This document shows, in pieces, positions 54,765 to 63,023 of a DNA stretch of 64,000 nt (positions are counted from its first letter, which is position 1; the number at the start of each line of letters is the position of its first letter). The position numbers and the translations under genes were made by a program. Below the pieces are notes generated by a model, which saw only the letters and a list, made by a program, of their open reading frames with translations, did not search any database and was not told the origin of the DNA. The stretch covers positions 419 through 64,418 of IMG/VR virus record IMGVR_UViG_3300044612_001963; one strand, written 5' to 3'. The stretch comes from a virus. Lineage: Duplodnaviria > Caudoviricetes.

Positions 54765-55149
54765 GCCCGGTTCGCTGCTCCAGCTCGTTGACCGGCTCGG
54801 GAAGCTGGAAGGCCTCATTATCGGCCTGCAAACATCCATCGGCCAGTCGCAGACCCAGACAACGGCCTTCATGGCCAGGGTTGAACGCCTCGAATCAAGG
54901 CAGGTGGAGCTTGAGAGGAACATGATCACCAAGGATGACATCAGCAGCCTGGTGACCAAAGTGGACGCCCTGGCTACCAGCGATGCACGGCAGCAGGGCG
55001 GTTCAGCTGTCGCTACGTGGTCAGTACAGCAGATCGCCAGCTGGGGTGCGTTGATCATCGCCACGCTCGCCCTGGTGGGCGTCGGCGCCAACCGCGATCG
55101 AATCCAGCACCAGACGCCTACGCCTGCTGGCCGGCACGGTTCGCCTTGA
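54754..55149 (+). CDS. Coiled-coil protein with a C-terminal TM helix (holin-like topology)
   Basis: GGAAAACT 6 bp upstream; heptad repeats then WGALIIATLALVGV. Confidence 0.6.
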   Translation: MDTEPGSLLQLVDRLGKLEGLIIGLQTSIGQSQTQTTAFMARVERLESRQVELERNMITKDDISSLVTKVDALATSDARQQGGSAVATWSVQQIASWGALIIATLALVGVGANRDRIQHQTPTPAGRHGSP

Positions 55150-55417
55150 ACAGGTCCATCAGCTCCCGGTAGTACGGCAGCAGGTGCGTTGGATCCGTGC
55201 CCCGGATGCCATACACCATCAGCGGATCACCGGTTGCAACGCTCCACTGGCCTGGTGCTGACCTTGAGGCGGTGTAACCAATCACGCCGGCCAGCATCTC
55301 GCGAACACCAAACATGGTGCCGGATGGCAGCACCTGAAACTCGCGGCCATAGATTTTGGCGCCATCGCTGAACTCGAACACCTGCAGCTCACCCCATGCC
55401 ACAGATGTTTCGGGCAT
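55118..55417 (-). CDS. Hypothetical protein
   Basis: Minus-strand GGAAACCT at 55438-45. Confidence 0.55.
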   Translation of the reverse strand: MPETSVAWGELQVFEFSDGAKIYGREFQVLPSGTMFGVREMLAGVIGYTASRSAPGQWSVATGDPLMVYGIRGTDPTHLLPYYRELMDLFKANRAGQQA

Positions 55418-55447
55418 CGCCACGCAGCGCCTGCTTCAGGTTTCCGG

Positions 55448-55666
55448 TCAGACGCCCGGCTCATCGGATTCAGACGGTCCACGGCACGGCATGACCGGGC
55501 CGGTGCATGGTGCCTCAATGCCACGGCTGCTGCAGAGTGCGCGGAACGCTGCCATGGCGCGGGTGCCGGAGGCATCCTCGACGCAGTAACCCTGGCCGCA
55601 GACCCGCCAGATCGGCTGGCCGTCACGGATCACCAGTTCCTGGGTGGGCAGCGTTCGCACGTCCAT
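55448..55666 (-). CDS. Hypothetical Cys-containing protein
   Basis: Minus-strand GGCAAACT at 55687-94. Confidence 0.55.
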   Translation of the reverse strand: MDVRTLPTQELVIRDGQPIWRVCGQGYCVEDASGTRAMAAFRALCSSRGIEAPCTGPVMPCRGPSESDEPGV

Positions 55667-55694
55667 CACCAGGCAGCGGCTGGGGTAGTTTGCC

Positions 55695-55930
55695 GGTATG
55701 CACCGGATATGCACGCCCCCTGAGATCGGCTGCTACCACTGGCGAGTCACTACGACATCCGGGCCGTGGATGAGGATCTGTATCTGGCGGTGCTGGCGTG
55801 TCGTAGAGCGGAGAGTGACTGCGCGGCAGGCGATCTGAGCACAGCAGCAGATCAGCAGCAAGGGACCACAAGGGACCACAAGGGCCCATAATCTCGCGGA
55901 TTATGTACCGCCCGTCCATCGGTGCATCGG
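55695..55930. mobile_element. Candidate attP region
   Basis: Non-coding DNA upstream of the integrase with ATGCAC repeats, inverted blocks, a CAAGGGACCA tandem and CATAATC-N5-GATTATG. Confidence 0.5.
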
Positions 55931-55958
55931 TTTCAGATTCTGCGCGTCGTATTCCCCC

Positions 55959-56957
55959 ATGGCCAACGTGAACGTCCACAGGGGCAGGCTGTACCTGCTG
56001 GCCAAGGTGCCGCGTCGTGATGGCTCGCCAGGACTGCAGCAGTGCAGGATCGCACTAAAGCTCGATGACACACCGGTAAATCGCCGTACCGCCGCAAAGC
56101 AGCTGCAGACCCTGGAACGGCAGCTGGCGACGGGGACGTTCGAGTGGGCCTACTGGCAGGACCGCGAGGGCGGCATCACCTGGCGGGAGGCCATCGCCAA
56201 GCTCCACCGCGCCAGGGTGACGCTGGGGCGCACCAGCGAGAGCACCTGGGAGATCAACTACATGGGCCGGCTCCGGCAGATCCCATCAGGCGCGGTGGTG
56301 ACCACCGACTCCATCGCAGCGGCACTGCAGCGTTACGACCGCTCGACGTGCAGCTACAAAGAACTCTGGTATCTGCTGCGGCACCTGGCCAAGCTGGTGG
56401 GCGTGGAGTTCCCCGAGCTGCCGGTGCCCACCTATGGCCAGGCCCAGCTGGTGGCGGTGCCCACCGATGCGGAAATTATCGCCTGGGTCGAGGCGGCCGG
56501 TGCGGCGAGCTGGTATTTCGGGATGATGGCCACCTATGGGCTTAGGCCGCATGAGGTGGAGCGCTCAACGCTGATCGAGCGGGATTACTGCCAGGTGCAG
56601 GAGGGCACCAAGACGGGATTCAGGACGGTGGTGCCGCTACCCCGCGAATGGGTAGAGCGGTTTCGGCTGCACGATCGACGGCTGCGGCCTGGTGGCGTGC
56701 CGGGCGAGAGGCCTGATGCCGTGTCGAAGTGGCTGCACAAGGAACTACGCCGGCTGGGGCTGCCGTGGAGGCCTTACTCGCTGCGCCATGCCTACGCGGG
56801 GAGGCTGTGGCGGCAGGGCGGCTCACGGCTGGACGTGTACACGGCGGCCAGGTTGATGGGGCACACGGCGAACCAGCACGCCAAGACGTACCGTGCGCAC
56901 ATTCAGCCGCATGCCGTGGCGGAGGCGGCCGAGAGGGCGTTAGGGGGTGGTCCATAA
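55959..56957 (+). CDS. int: Tyrosine integrase
   Basis: TYGLRPHE, TKTGFR, YSLRHAYA, LMGH, TY catalytic motifs; N-terminal arm-binding-like domain. Confidence 0.92.
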   Translation: MANVNVHRGRLYLLAKVPRRDGSPGLQQCRIALKLDDTPVNRRTAAKQLQTLERQLATGTFEWAYWQDREGGITWREAIAKLHRARVTLGRTSESTWEINYMGRLRQIPSGAVVTTDSIAAALQRYDRSTCSYKELWYLLRHLAKLVGVEFPELPVPTYGQAQLVAVPTDAEIIAWVEAAGAASWYFGMMATYGLRPHEVERSTLIERDYCQVQEGTKTGFRTVVPLPREWVERFRLHDRRLRPGGVPGERPDAVSKWLHKELRRLGLPWRPYSLRHAYAGRLWRQGGSRLDVYTAARLMGHTANQHAKTYRAHIQPHAVAEAAERALGGGP

Positions 56958-56961
56958 CGCA

Positions 56962-56991
56962 CACGGCCCCCGGAGTGAACCGGAGGCCGTG
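56962..56991. terminator. Hairpin between convergent int and xis
   Basis: CACGGCC-C-CCGG...CCGG-A-GGCCGTG. Confidence 0.45.
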
Positions 56992-57099
56992 TCGGGGCTC
57001 TTACCAGCGGGTCTTAGACACCATCTCGCCGCTGAGGTAGTTGGCGTCCCGGCTGCTGCAGCAGTTGGCCCGAGAGCGGGAGCGTCCAGACTGAGCAAG

Positions 57100-57330
57100 T
57101 CAGGCTGAGTGCTGAGCCAAGTTTACCACCGCCCCAACATTCACCCTCACCATCCGCCGTTGAGCCCCAACCGGCGCCAGGTCGATCAACTCCCGACCCC
57201 AGCGCCAGCGTGAACGGCGGGAACTGTCCGCTTCATGGATCAGCCGTTTGATATGCCGCTCACTGCAGCCGAGGGCCTCGGCGGCTTCGGCCACGGTGAG
57301 CAGCATTCTGCAGGCGTTGCGATTGCCCAT
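57100..57330 (-). CDS. Excisionase-like HTH protein
   Basis: LLTVAEAAEALGCSERHIKRLI; adjacent to the integrase. Confidence 0.75.
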   Translation of the reverse strand: MGNRNACRMLLTVAEAAEALGCSERHIKRLIHEADSSRRSRWRWGRELIDLAPVGAQRRMVRVNVGAVVNLAQHSA

Positions 57331-57818
57331 TAGCAACGCCTCGGCTCATACAGGTTGCAGTCCTGGGCGAACCCTACCCCTTCAATCTGAGGATCTGGAA
57401 ACCCCATCGCGCATGGGTCGGCGGACTCCAGCCCACGCCACTCGCGGCAGCGTTCACAGCTCGGATCATTTGGCCCTGGTGGCCGGCGGAAGTTCTCCGG
57501 CAGCAGATCCTGATAAACATCACCCACCTGGATCTGACGCACCATTTCAACGCTGATGCCATAGCGTGCGGCAAGTTCTTTGCGTGGGTCGGTTGATAGA
57601 CGAATCGCAATAGCATCGGCATCACTTACCCTGCGATGCTTGCCTTGCGCTGAGCGTTCGATGATTTCATCTGCACTCAGTTCTTGCACGTCTTCACCCC
57701 TGACTGATAAATAGTGCTTGCAGGCTTTGCACTCCCAGCGTTTGTACCAGCCCTGGCCGGTTCGGCGGTTGTGCGTGGTCTTCATCTTCCCGTCGCACTT
57801 CGGGCAGTCGATCATCAT
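57330..57818 (-). CDS. Zn-ribbon + HTH + Cys-cluster protein
   Basis: CPKC..CKAC, ELAARYGISVEMVRQI, CERC..C..C. Confidence 0.65.
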   Translation of the reverse strand: MMIDCPKCDGKMKTTHNRRTGQGWYKRWECKACKHYLSVRGEDVQELSADEIIERSAQGKHRRVSDADAIAIRLSTDPRKELAARYGISVEMVRQIQVGDVYQDLLPENFRRPPGPNDPSCERCREWRGLESADPCAMGFPDPQIEGVGFAQDCNLYEPRRC

Positions 57819-58327
57819 CCTTTGCTCGCCATCACTGCTAGGTCGCCGTTATAGCGGCCAGTTTTGGCGTAAGAATTAACAGGCCGTTCATCCATCAGAT
57901 GAAACACAACCTGGCCAATCTTCATCCCAGGCCACAACAGCTGCGGCCACAGCTGGCGGTTGTTGCGTAGCTCCAAGGTGAGCACTGAACCATGCCAACC
58001 GGGGTCGCACCACACGGCAAGAGCTTGATCCAATCCTTCTCTGGCGCGTGATGATTTCAGGCGGAACTCTGCTGCTACATCATCCGGCAAGTTGAACACT
58101 TCCACGGTCTGCGCTAGGCAGAACTGCCCCGGCACCATTTCGTAGGGGTTGGCCTCGGTGTGCCGGCTGAGCGGATACGGCAGCAGCTCACGGCTGGATA
58201 CCGACTCAATCAGCAACGTGTCACCCAGCCGTACATCCAAGCTGGCTGGGTTGATCAGCGCTGGATCGTAACCTTCAATCATGCCGCCTTCACAGCGGCT
58301 GCGGATCTGCCAATCACTCAGCGGCAT
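57815..58327 (-). CDS. dcd: dCTP deaminase
   Basis: INPASLDVRLG, KSSRAREG, DPGWHG, LTLEL, GMKIGQ, GRY. Confidence 0.92.
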   Translation of the reverse strand: MPLSDWQIRSRCEGGMIEGYDPALINPASLDVRLGDTLLIESVSSRELLPYPLSRHTEANPYEMVPGQFCLAQTVEVFNLPDDVAAEFRLKSSRAREGLDQALAVWCDPGWHGSVLTLELRNNRQLWPQLLWPGMKIGQVVFHLMDERPVNSYAKTGRYNGDLAVMASKG

Positions 58328-58610
58328 TGATGGTCTCCAGTGGTTTGATCAGTTCGGTCAGTTCAAGCAGATGCTTAGCAAACGCAATATGCGTCATGCG
58401 GGCGTGTATCGCTGGTGGTCTGCCGTAGCTGTCGATCCACCAGTCTTCAAACGCTGCAGCAATGCTGGTTTCATTCATCGTTCAAGCCAGCCACTAGGCC
58501 GGTATAAAGTCCGTGAAAGAGGTGTTCGGGATTGTGCCGGCCATCGGCTAGATACAGCTCTTCAAGCTGTTCCTGGCGTGCGGTTTGTTCAATCGGGTTG
58601 CAGTCCTGGT

Positions 58611-58823
58611 TCATGACGCATCGGGGATAGGTCGCCGGCTTAGCCGGATCTGTGCAATCCGCCATTCGTTGCCGTCAGGGTCGACGACGTAGTAAGCGGG
58701 GAACGGGCCGGGCACCGTGCCAGTCACCTTTCCTGATTCATCTGCTGACCAGCAACGGGCGAACACTTCATCGCCGGGCCGATACCGCCAGCGGTTTGCG
58801 GTGAGCGTTGCAGTTAGTGCCAT
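58611..58823 (-). CDS. Hypothetical protein (SH3-like beta pattern)
   Basis: YRPGDEVF..GKVTG..YYVVD; packed in the leftward operon. Confidence 0.55.
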   Translation of the reverse strand: MALTATLTANRWRYRPGDEVFARCWSADESGKVTGTVPGPFPAYYVVDPDGNEWRIAQIRLSRRPIPDAS

Positions 58824-59047
58824 GCCGCTGCCTGTTTAAGTGGAAGGACGGTGATTGACGTGGCATGCGGATGGCGGTTACGTGCAAACTCAGCCGCTTG
58901 CATCTTGCTGGTTGCGCGAATCGTTGCACGCATCGGTGAACCATTGCCGAATCGGACCATGACGGGCCAGAACTTGGCGCTTGGTGCGGTTGTGCGAGTG
59001 ATGCCTTCGCCAGATGATTCGAGGCGTTCGTCGGCGGTGATCAGCAT
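58814..59047 (-). CDS. Hypothetical protein
   Basis: CACAACC-ATG; IRATSKMQAAEFARNRHP. Confidence 0.6.
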   Translation of the reverse strand: MLITADERLESSGEGITRTTAPSAKFWPVMVRFGNGSPMRATIRATSKMQAAEFARNRHPHATSITVLPLKQAAAWH

Positions 59048-59192
59048 GGTTGTGATGGCGGTGGGGTTAAAACTGGCTGCCATTCACCGCACCAGTTGTG
59101 GTGGTAAACGGTGGGCCATGGCGGCGGGTTGCGATGACAGGCCAGCCGGTCTGGATCGAGCTGTGAATATCGGCAGGTGTTGCAGGTGGTGG

Positions 59193-59510
59193 TCACTGCT
59201 GGGCCTCCACCGCCTGAATCCGCACCTCCCGCTCAACCGTCAACACCGCCCCAACGATTCCCGCCAAGCACAGCGCCAACGCCACTACGGCTCGGCGACG
59301 GGCATGTTTCTGGGCAGCAATCGTGGCCCTGCGTCTCTGCGCCCGGTAAAGCGGCAAAGACACCACACGCCCAGCATCAGAGGGAACAGCATGGCCGCGC
59401 CTCGATGTTGACGATTTCGGCTTGAGGGAACCTGACGTTGAAGCATTCGCGGATTGAGTCGAGCGTCCAGCCGTTGCCGGCAATCCACTCCAGTTCGTGT
59501 TGCTGTTCAT
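59193..59510 (-). CDS. Hypothetical membrane protein
   Basis: Basic N-terminus followed by a TM helix. Confidence 0.5.
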   Translation of the reverse strand: MNSNTNWSGLPATAGRSTQSANASTSGSLKPKSSTSRRGHAVPSDAGRVVSLPLYRAQRRRATIAAQKHARRRAVVALALCLAGIVGAVLTVEREVRIQAVEAQQ

Positions 59511-59541
59511 CTTTCTGATAGGTGATGTAGAACGCCATGGG

Positions 59542-59874
59542 TCAAACCAATTCCTTCCCTGTCATTGATGGCAGGGACCAGTCAGAGGTGTGATGATCAC
59601 GACCCGCCTGGTCAAGATCGGTTGCGATCTTTCGGGCCTGTGCGGCAAGGCCTGCAGCGAGCCCCTTAGGCAGCGGCTGCGCCGTGTCGAAGGCGTTATC
59701 TGCCACTGCACCAGCGACAGACTGCAGCGCATCTAGCAGCCCCTCCAGCAAGGGGATCAGCGGCGCGTTGCGCTCGCCTACATCAGTCCGTTTCTCGGCG
59801 TAAGTAGCGATGGCAGCGTGCGCCGACTGAAGAATCAGGTTGGAAACAGCGCCGGAGCATTCAAGGGTTGGCAT
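59542..59874 (-). CDS. Hypothetical protein
   Basis: Operator copy 59881-59902 just upstream. Confidence 0.6.
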   Translation of the reverse strand: MPTLECSGAVSNLILQSAHAAIATYAEKRTDVGERNAPLIPLLEGLLDALQSVAGAVADNAFDTAQPLPKGLAAGLAAQARKIATDLDQAGRDHHTSDWSLPSMTGKELV

Positions 59875-59880
59875 AGTTGG

Positions 59881-59902
59881 GTTGCGGTTGGACAAACGAA
59901 AC
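59881..59902. promoter_or_regulatory. Operator copy
   Basis: GTTGCGGTTGGACAAACGAAAC. Confidence 0.55.
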
Positions 59903-59910
59903 GGTCAGGG

Positions 59911-60462
59911 TTACTTAATGGTCCAGCTGCGGCGCTCGACAAGCTGGGCGCCATCGATCTGGCTGCCGGCCTTGAGTGCAGCGGCCAATGCGGTCTTGTC
60001 GGCGCTGTAGGTGGTCTTCACCCGCTGGAACTCTTCCGGCAGGTCGGCTGGCTGCAGCTCGGGATCGAGCTCCACGCTGGTGGTCTTGCGGCTGCTTAGC
60101 GTGTGCTCTGGCAGCTTCCAGGTGGTTTCATCTGGTGCCACTTTCGCCAGTGCGGCCACCAGCCGATCCTTCAACACTTCGGCTTGCTGCTCTGCAGCCT
60201 TGGCCAGCTCGCTGAGCCGGCGGGCATGCTCGGTGCGGGCCTGGGCTTGGGCGCGGATGTGATCGATCGCCCAGCACCAGGCGTCAGCCTTGGCCTCGAC
60301 GGCCTTGCGGTTGTCGGTTTCAGCGCTGATCAGCGCTTCAAGCGTGGCAGTGGCTTGAGCCACCTCGGCGGGGTCATCACTGAACAGCAGTTCAGCGGCT
60401 TCATTGATGCGGCCCTGCAGCTGCAGGGCTTCACCGGTAAGGGCAAACAGGGTGGAGGTCAT
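59911..60462 (-). CDS. Siphovirus Gp157-family protein
   Basis: EARRL-like helix, LSSRKTTSVEL, LPEEF, ADKTALAAALKAG..IDGAQLVE. Confidence 0.85.
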   Translation of the reverse strand: MTSTLFALTGEALQLQGRINEAAELLFSDDPAEVAQATATLEALISAETDNRKAVEAKADAWCWAIDHIRAQAQARTEHARRLSELAKAAEQQAEVLKDRLVAALAKVAPDETTWKLPEHTLSSRKTTSVELDPELQPADLPEEFQRVKTTYSADKTALAAALKAGSQIDGAQLVERRSWTIK

Positions 60463-60465
60463 GGC

Positions 60466-60660
60466 TCAGAAGGGAATACTTGGATCGACTGGATCAATGC
60501 CGCAGTTGATGCAGGCGTTGACGGCTTGCTGAAACTTCCAACGTGCCCAGTTCTCGGCGTCCATCGCCTCCATGGCAGCGATGCGTGCTTTGACGTAGGC
60601 GTCGCGGGATTGATGCAGCTGGGTCAGCAGCTCTTGCTCGGGGTGTGCGGTGGTGGTCAT
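60466..60660 (-). CDS. Hypothetical protein
   Basis: ATGA overlap; ends DPSIPF. Confidence 0.55.
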   Translation of the reverse strand: MTTTAHPEQELLTQLHQSRDAYVKARIAAMEAMDAENWARWKFQQAVNACINCGIDPVDPSIPF

Positions 60661-60794
60661 CGCGCCCCCATCAGCGAGTTCCGCTCGGATGCGCTGAGCG
60701 ACGGGTGGTCGTACCAGTCGGGGTAGCTGTCGCTGTCGTCGTCGTCGCCGGGATCATCGATTAGATCCAGGTCGTCCAGGTCTGCGGTGGTCAT
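60657..60794 (-). CDS. Very acidic small protein
   Basis: First ORF after the promoter; DLDDLDLIDDPGDDDDSD. Confidence 0.55.
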   Translation of the reverse strand: MTTADLDDLDLIDDPGDDDDSDSYPDWYDHPSLSASERNSLMGAR

Positions 60795-60819
60795 AGCCGG
60801 TGGTGTGGTGGCTGTGTGA

Positions 60820-60849
60820 ATCATACCGTTGCGGTTGCGAATCTGCAAC
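60820..60849 (-). promoter_or_regulatory. Operator plus sigma70 promoter of the gp157-dcd-xis operon
   Basis: Minus strand TTGCAG-17-TATGAT over GTTGCGGTTGCGAATCTGCAAC. Confidence 0.72.
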
Positions 60850-61081
60850 GCCTTTTGCAGCTTGAGTGGTGCCGGAACGCTGAGCCGGTGGGTTGCCGGC
60901 CCCTGGAGCCCTTGTGGTAACAGGGGTTTTCCTTCTGATCCGACCGGTTACGATGGTTGAAGCAGTTGGGGGTGGTGCCCCGCTGCCGACACCGTGACCT
61001 CGTGTCCCGTGTGTGGTGGTTGGGGCCTCTCGGGGCCCCACGACCGCCGCGCCGGAAACCTCAGCCAGCAGCGCTGGCCTG

Positions 61082-61966
61082 ATGGCAGTCACCATTTCGG
61101 GCAACAGGTTCCTGGTGGACGGGAAACCGCGCCGGCTGGCGGGCAACCACACGTGGGACGTGGTGCAGCCTGTGGCAGGAAACCGCACGCCGATCGACCG
61201 GCTTACGGGGAACTTCACCCGCCTGTGGACAATCGAGACGCGGGCGTTCGTGAACTATCGGCCGCCGTTCGTTGGTGCTGACCCTGGCCTGATCCGCGTC
61301 AAGGGCGGGCCGTGGAAGTCGGACCTGTCACTGAATCCCCGGTTCTACCGCCGAATGGAGCAGGCCGTTGCCGCCGCCGATCAAAGGGACATGGTGACTG
61401 GGGTGGTGCTGTTCGAGGGCTCGATTCCTGATCTGTTCCCGAGGGCTTGGGAGTTCCACCCGTTCAGGGGGCATGGGCCGAAAGATCACCACAGCGTGCA
61501 CACGCAAGGGCCGTGGAACAAGCACCAGAAGGCGCACGTGCGGCGGATGGTGAAGACGCTGGAGCCGTACTCGAATGTGCTGTTCGAGGTGGGCAACGAA
61601 TTAACGAAGCCCAGCACGGTGTGGTTCCAGAAGTGGGTTGTCGGGCTGGTGAAACGCCTCACCGACAAACCCGTAGGCGTTTCGTATGCCAGGGCCGTCA
61701 AGCCTGAAGGCGGCCAGCAGTGGATGCGCACCACCGGCGCCGATTGGATCGCCCCTGGTGGCCCTGCTCCTGTCGCCGGGTTCGGTGGGCCTCAGGTGCT
61801 CGATACCGACCACAGCTGGGCGCTGCGGTCGAACGTTCCAGGTCTGCAGGCTGCTGCCAGGGCTGGCCGGCCGATCTGGTTGATGGATGGCATGCGCGGC
61901 ACGATGCTAAGAAACATCGATAACCTTGGGCCGGATCGGGCGTTTATTTCATCGCTGGTGTCTTAG
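61082..61966 (+). CDS. Glycoside hydrolase clan A (GH5-like) TIM barrel
   Basis: ISGNRFLVDGKP, FYRRMEQAVAAA..GVVLF, NVLFEVGNE; GGAAACCT at 61054. Confidence 0.68.
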   Translation: MAVTISGNRFLVDGKPRRLAGNHTWDVVQPVAGNRTPIDRLTGNFTRLWTIETRAFVNYRPPFVGADPGLIRVKGGPWKSDLSLNPRFYRRMEQAVAAADQRDMVTGVVLFEGSIPDLFPRAWEFHPFRGHGPKDHHSVHTQGPWNKHQKAHVRRMVKTLEPYSNVLFEVGNELTKPSTVWFQKWVVGLVKRLTDKPVGVSYARAVKPEGGQQWMRTTGADWIAPGGPAPVAGFGGPQVLDTDHSWALRSNVPGLQAAARAGRPIWLMDGMRGTMLRNIDNLGPDRAFISSLVS

Positions 61967-62000
61967 TTGTCGGCGGCGGTGGGTGGGGTGGTGTGCCAGG

Positions 62001-62195
62001 TCATGGCATGGCGTGGCAGGAGATCCAGTCGGCCGCTGCGGTGGTGGTGTCACTGGAGTGTTCCAGCAGCACCAGGCACAGCTCACCAGCGACCTGCGCC
62101 GCGGTTTGGCGGCAGTTGTCGCATGGCTCGACGCAGCGCCTAAGCGTTGATATCGGGCAGGCGGCGAGGGCTAGGCGGTCGGGTGTGGTGGTCAT
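62001..62195 (-). CDS. Hypothetical Cys-rich protein
   Basis: ATGA coupling. Confidence 0.5.
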   Translation of the reverse strand: MTTTPDRLALAACPISTLRRCVEPCDNCRQTAAQVAGELCLVLLEHSSDTTTAAADWISCHAMP

Positions 62196-62593
62196 GGCTC
62201 AGGTTTCCGCACTGCATCGATGCCTGCCTGCGCGATCTCGAACGGTGTGCCGTGGCTCCAGTAGCTGGGCACCAGGCCACCGGCTGCAGCCATGTCACGC
62301 CGGAACTGCTCGATCAGCCTCAGTTGCCGATCGGTGTACGGCTGAAGTTGTGGTTGTGCAATCGCACGTTTTCGCATTGCATCCTCCATTGCCTGCTGCG
62401 CGATCATCGCCGCTGCAGCCCATCTCGCCGTATCCGGTGTCACGTCATGCCGCGTACGGTAGTGGCCAGGATCGGGGCAATGGATTAGCCGGAAGCTGCC
62501 TGCCTCCATCGCATCGTGATCGGCATCCCAGTGCCGGCCATTGCCCCACGGGATGTAACGCCTGCCCTGTTTGATGTAGAGCTGGTGGGTCAT
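62192..62593 (-). CDS. Hypothetical protein
   Basis: LYIKQGRRYIP; ATGA coupling. Confidence 0.6.
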   Translation of the reverse strand: MTHQLYIKQGRRYIPWGNGRHWDADHDAMEAGSFRLIHCPDPGHYRTRHDVTPDTARWAAAAMIAQQAMEDAMRKRAIAQPQLQPYTDRQLRLIEQFRRDMAAAGGLVPSYWSHGTPFEIAQAGIDAVRKPEP

Positions 62594-62841
62594 GGCTGCC
62601 CCTCCTGCCGCAGCTCGGCGGCGAGGGCGAGGAGTTTATTTTTCCCTTCGGCTTGCTCACAAAAGACTATACTCAAGTAGTCGTAATCCCACGAGCAATC
62701 ACACTCTTCTGGGTCTGGCATTCTCATCAAAGGAAATACCTGCTCCGCTGCAGCGATCAGCGCTGCACCTAGGCCGCTAGATTTGTACGCATCCCGCACA
62801 TTTTGCGCGGCGGTAGATAGGGGTGGGGTTGGGGTGGTCAT
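62590..62841 (-). CDS. Hypothetical protein, paralog of 29064-29255
   Basis: LSTAAQNVRDAY..AALIAAAEQV..LLALAAELR. Confidence 0.6.
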   Translation of the reverse strand: MTTPTPPLSTAAQNVRDAYKSSGLGAALIAAAEQVFPLMRMPDPEECDCSWDYDYLSIVFCEQAEGKNKLLALAAELRQEGQP

Positions 62842-63023
62842 GGTTTAATTTTGGGAAAAGTGTGATAATCGAGAATGAATTGATAAACGGCCTTTGCGAA
62901 ACTGTCGCCGCCGCAGTGGCCGGCGTAGGTATCTGCGAGCAAGTCGCGGCTACCGTCGGCATTTTCTCTGTAGATTCGACTGCCGCCGTGGTCGTAGATT
63001 GTCTGCTTAATTGTTTCCATCAC
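62838..63023 (-). CDS. Hypothetical protein
   Basis: Overlap-coupled on both sides. Confidence 0.55.
   Translation of the reverse strand: MMETIKQTIYDHGGSRIYRENADGSRDLLADTYAGHCGGDSFAKAVYQFILDYHTFPKIKP

Noticed and set aside
55859-55888. CRISPR or mini-array from CAAGGGACCA repeats
   Set aside because: 10-bp tandem with no spacers; no CRISPR array or cas gene seen anywhere
55880-55911. dif-like Xer site (GGGCCCATAA..TTATGT)
   Set aside because: Spacer is 9 bp rather than 6-8, the XerD arm is poor, and the phage has its own integrase
56992-57099. Structured RNA between int and xis
   Set aside because: Pairings are short and could arise by chance at this GC content
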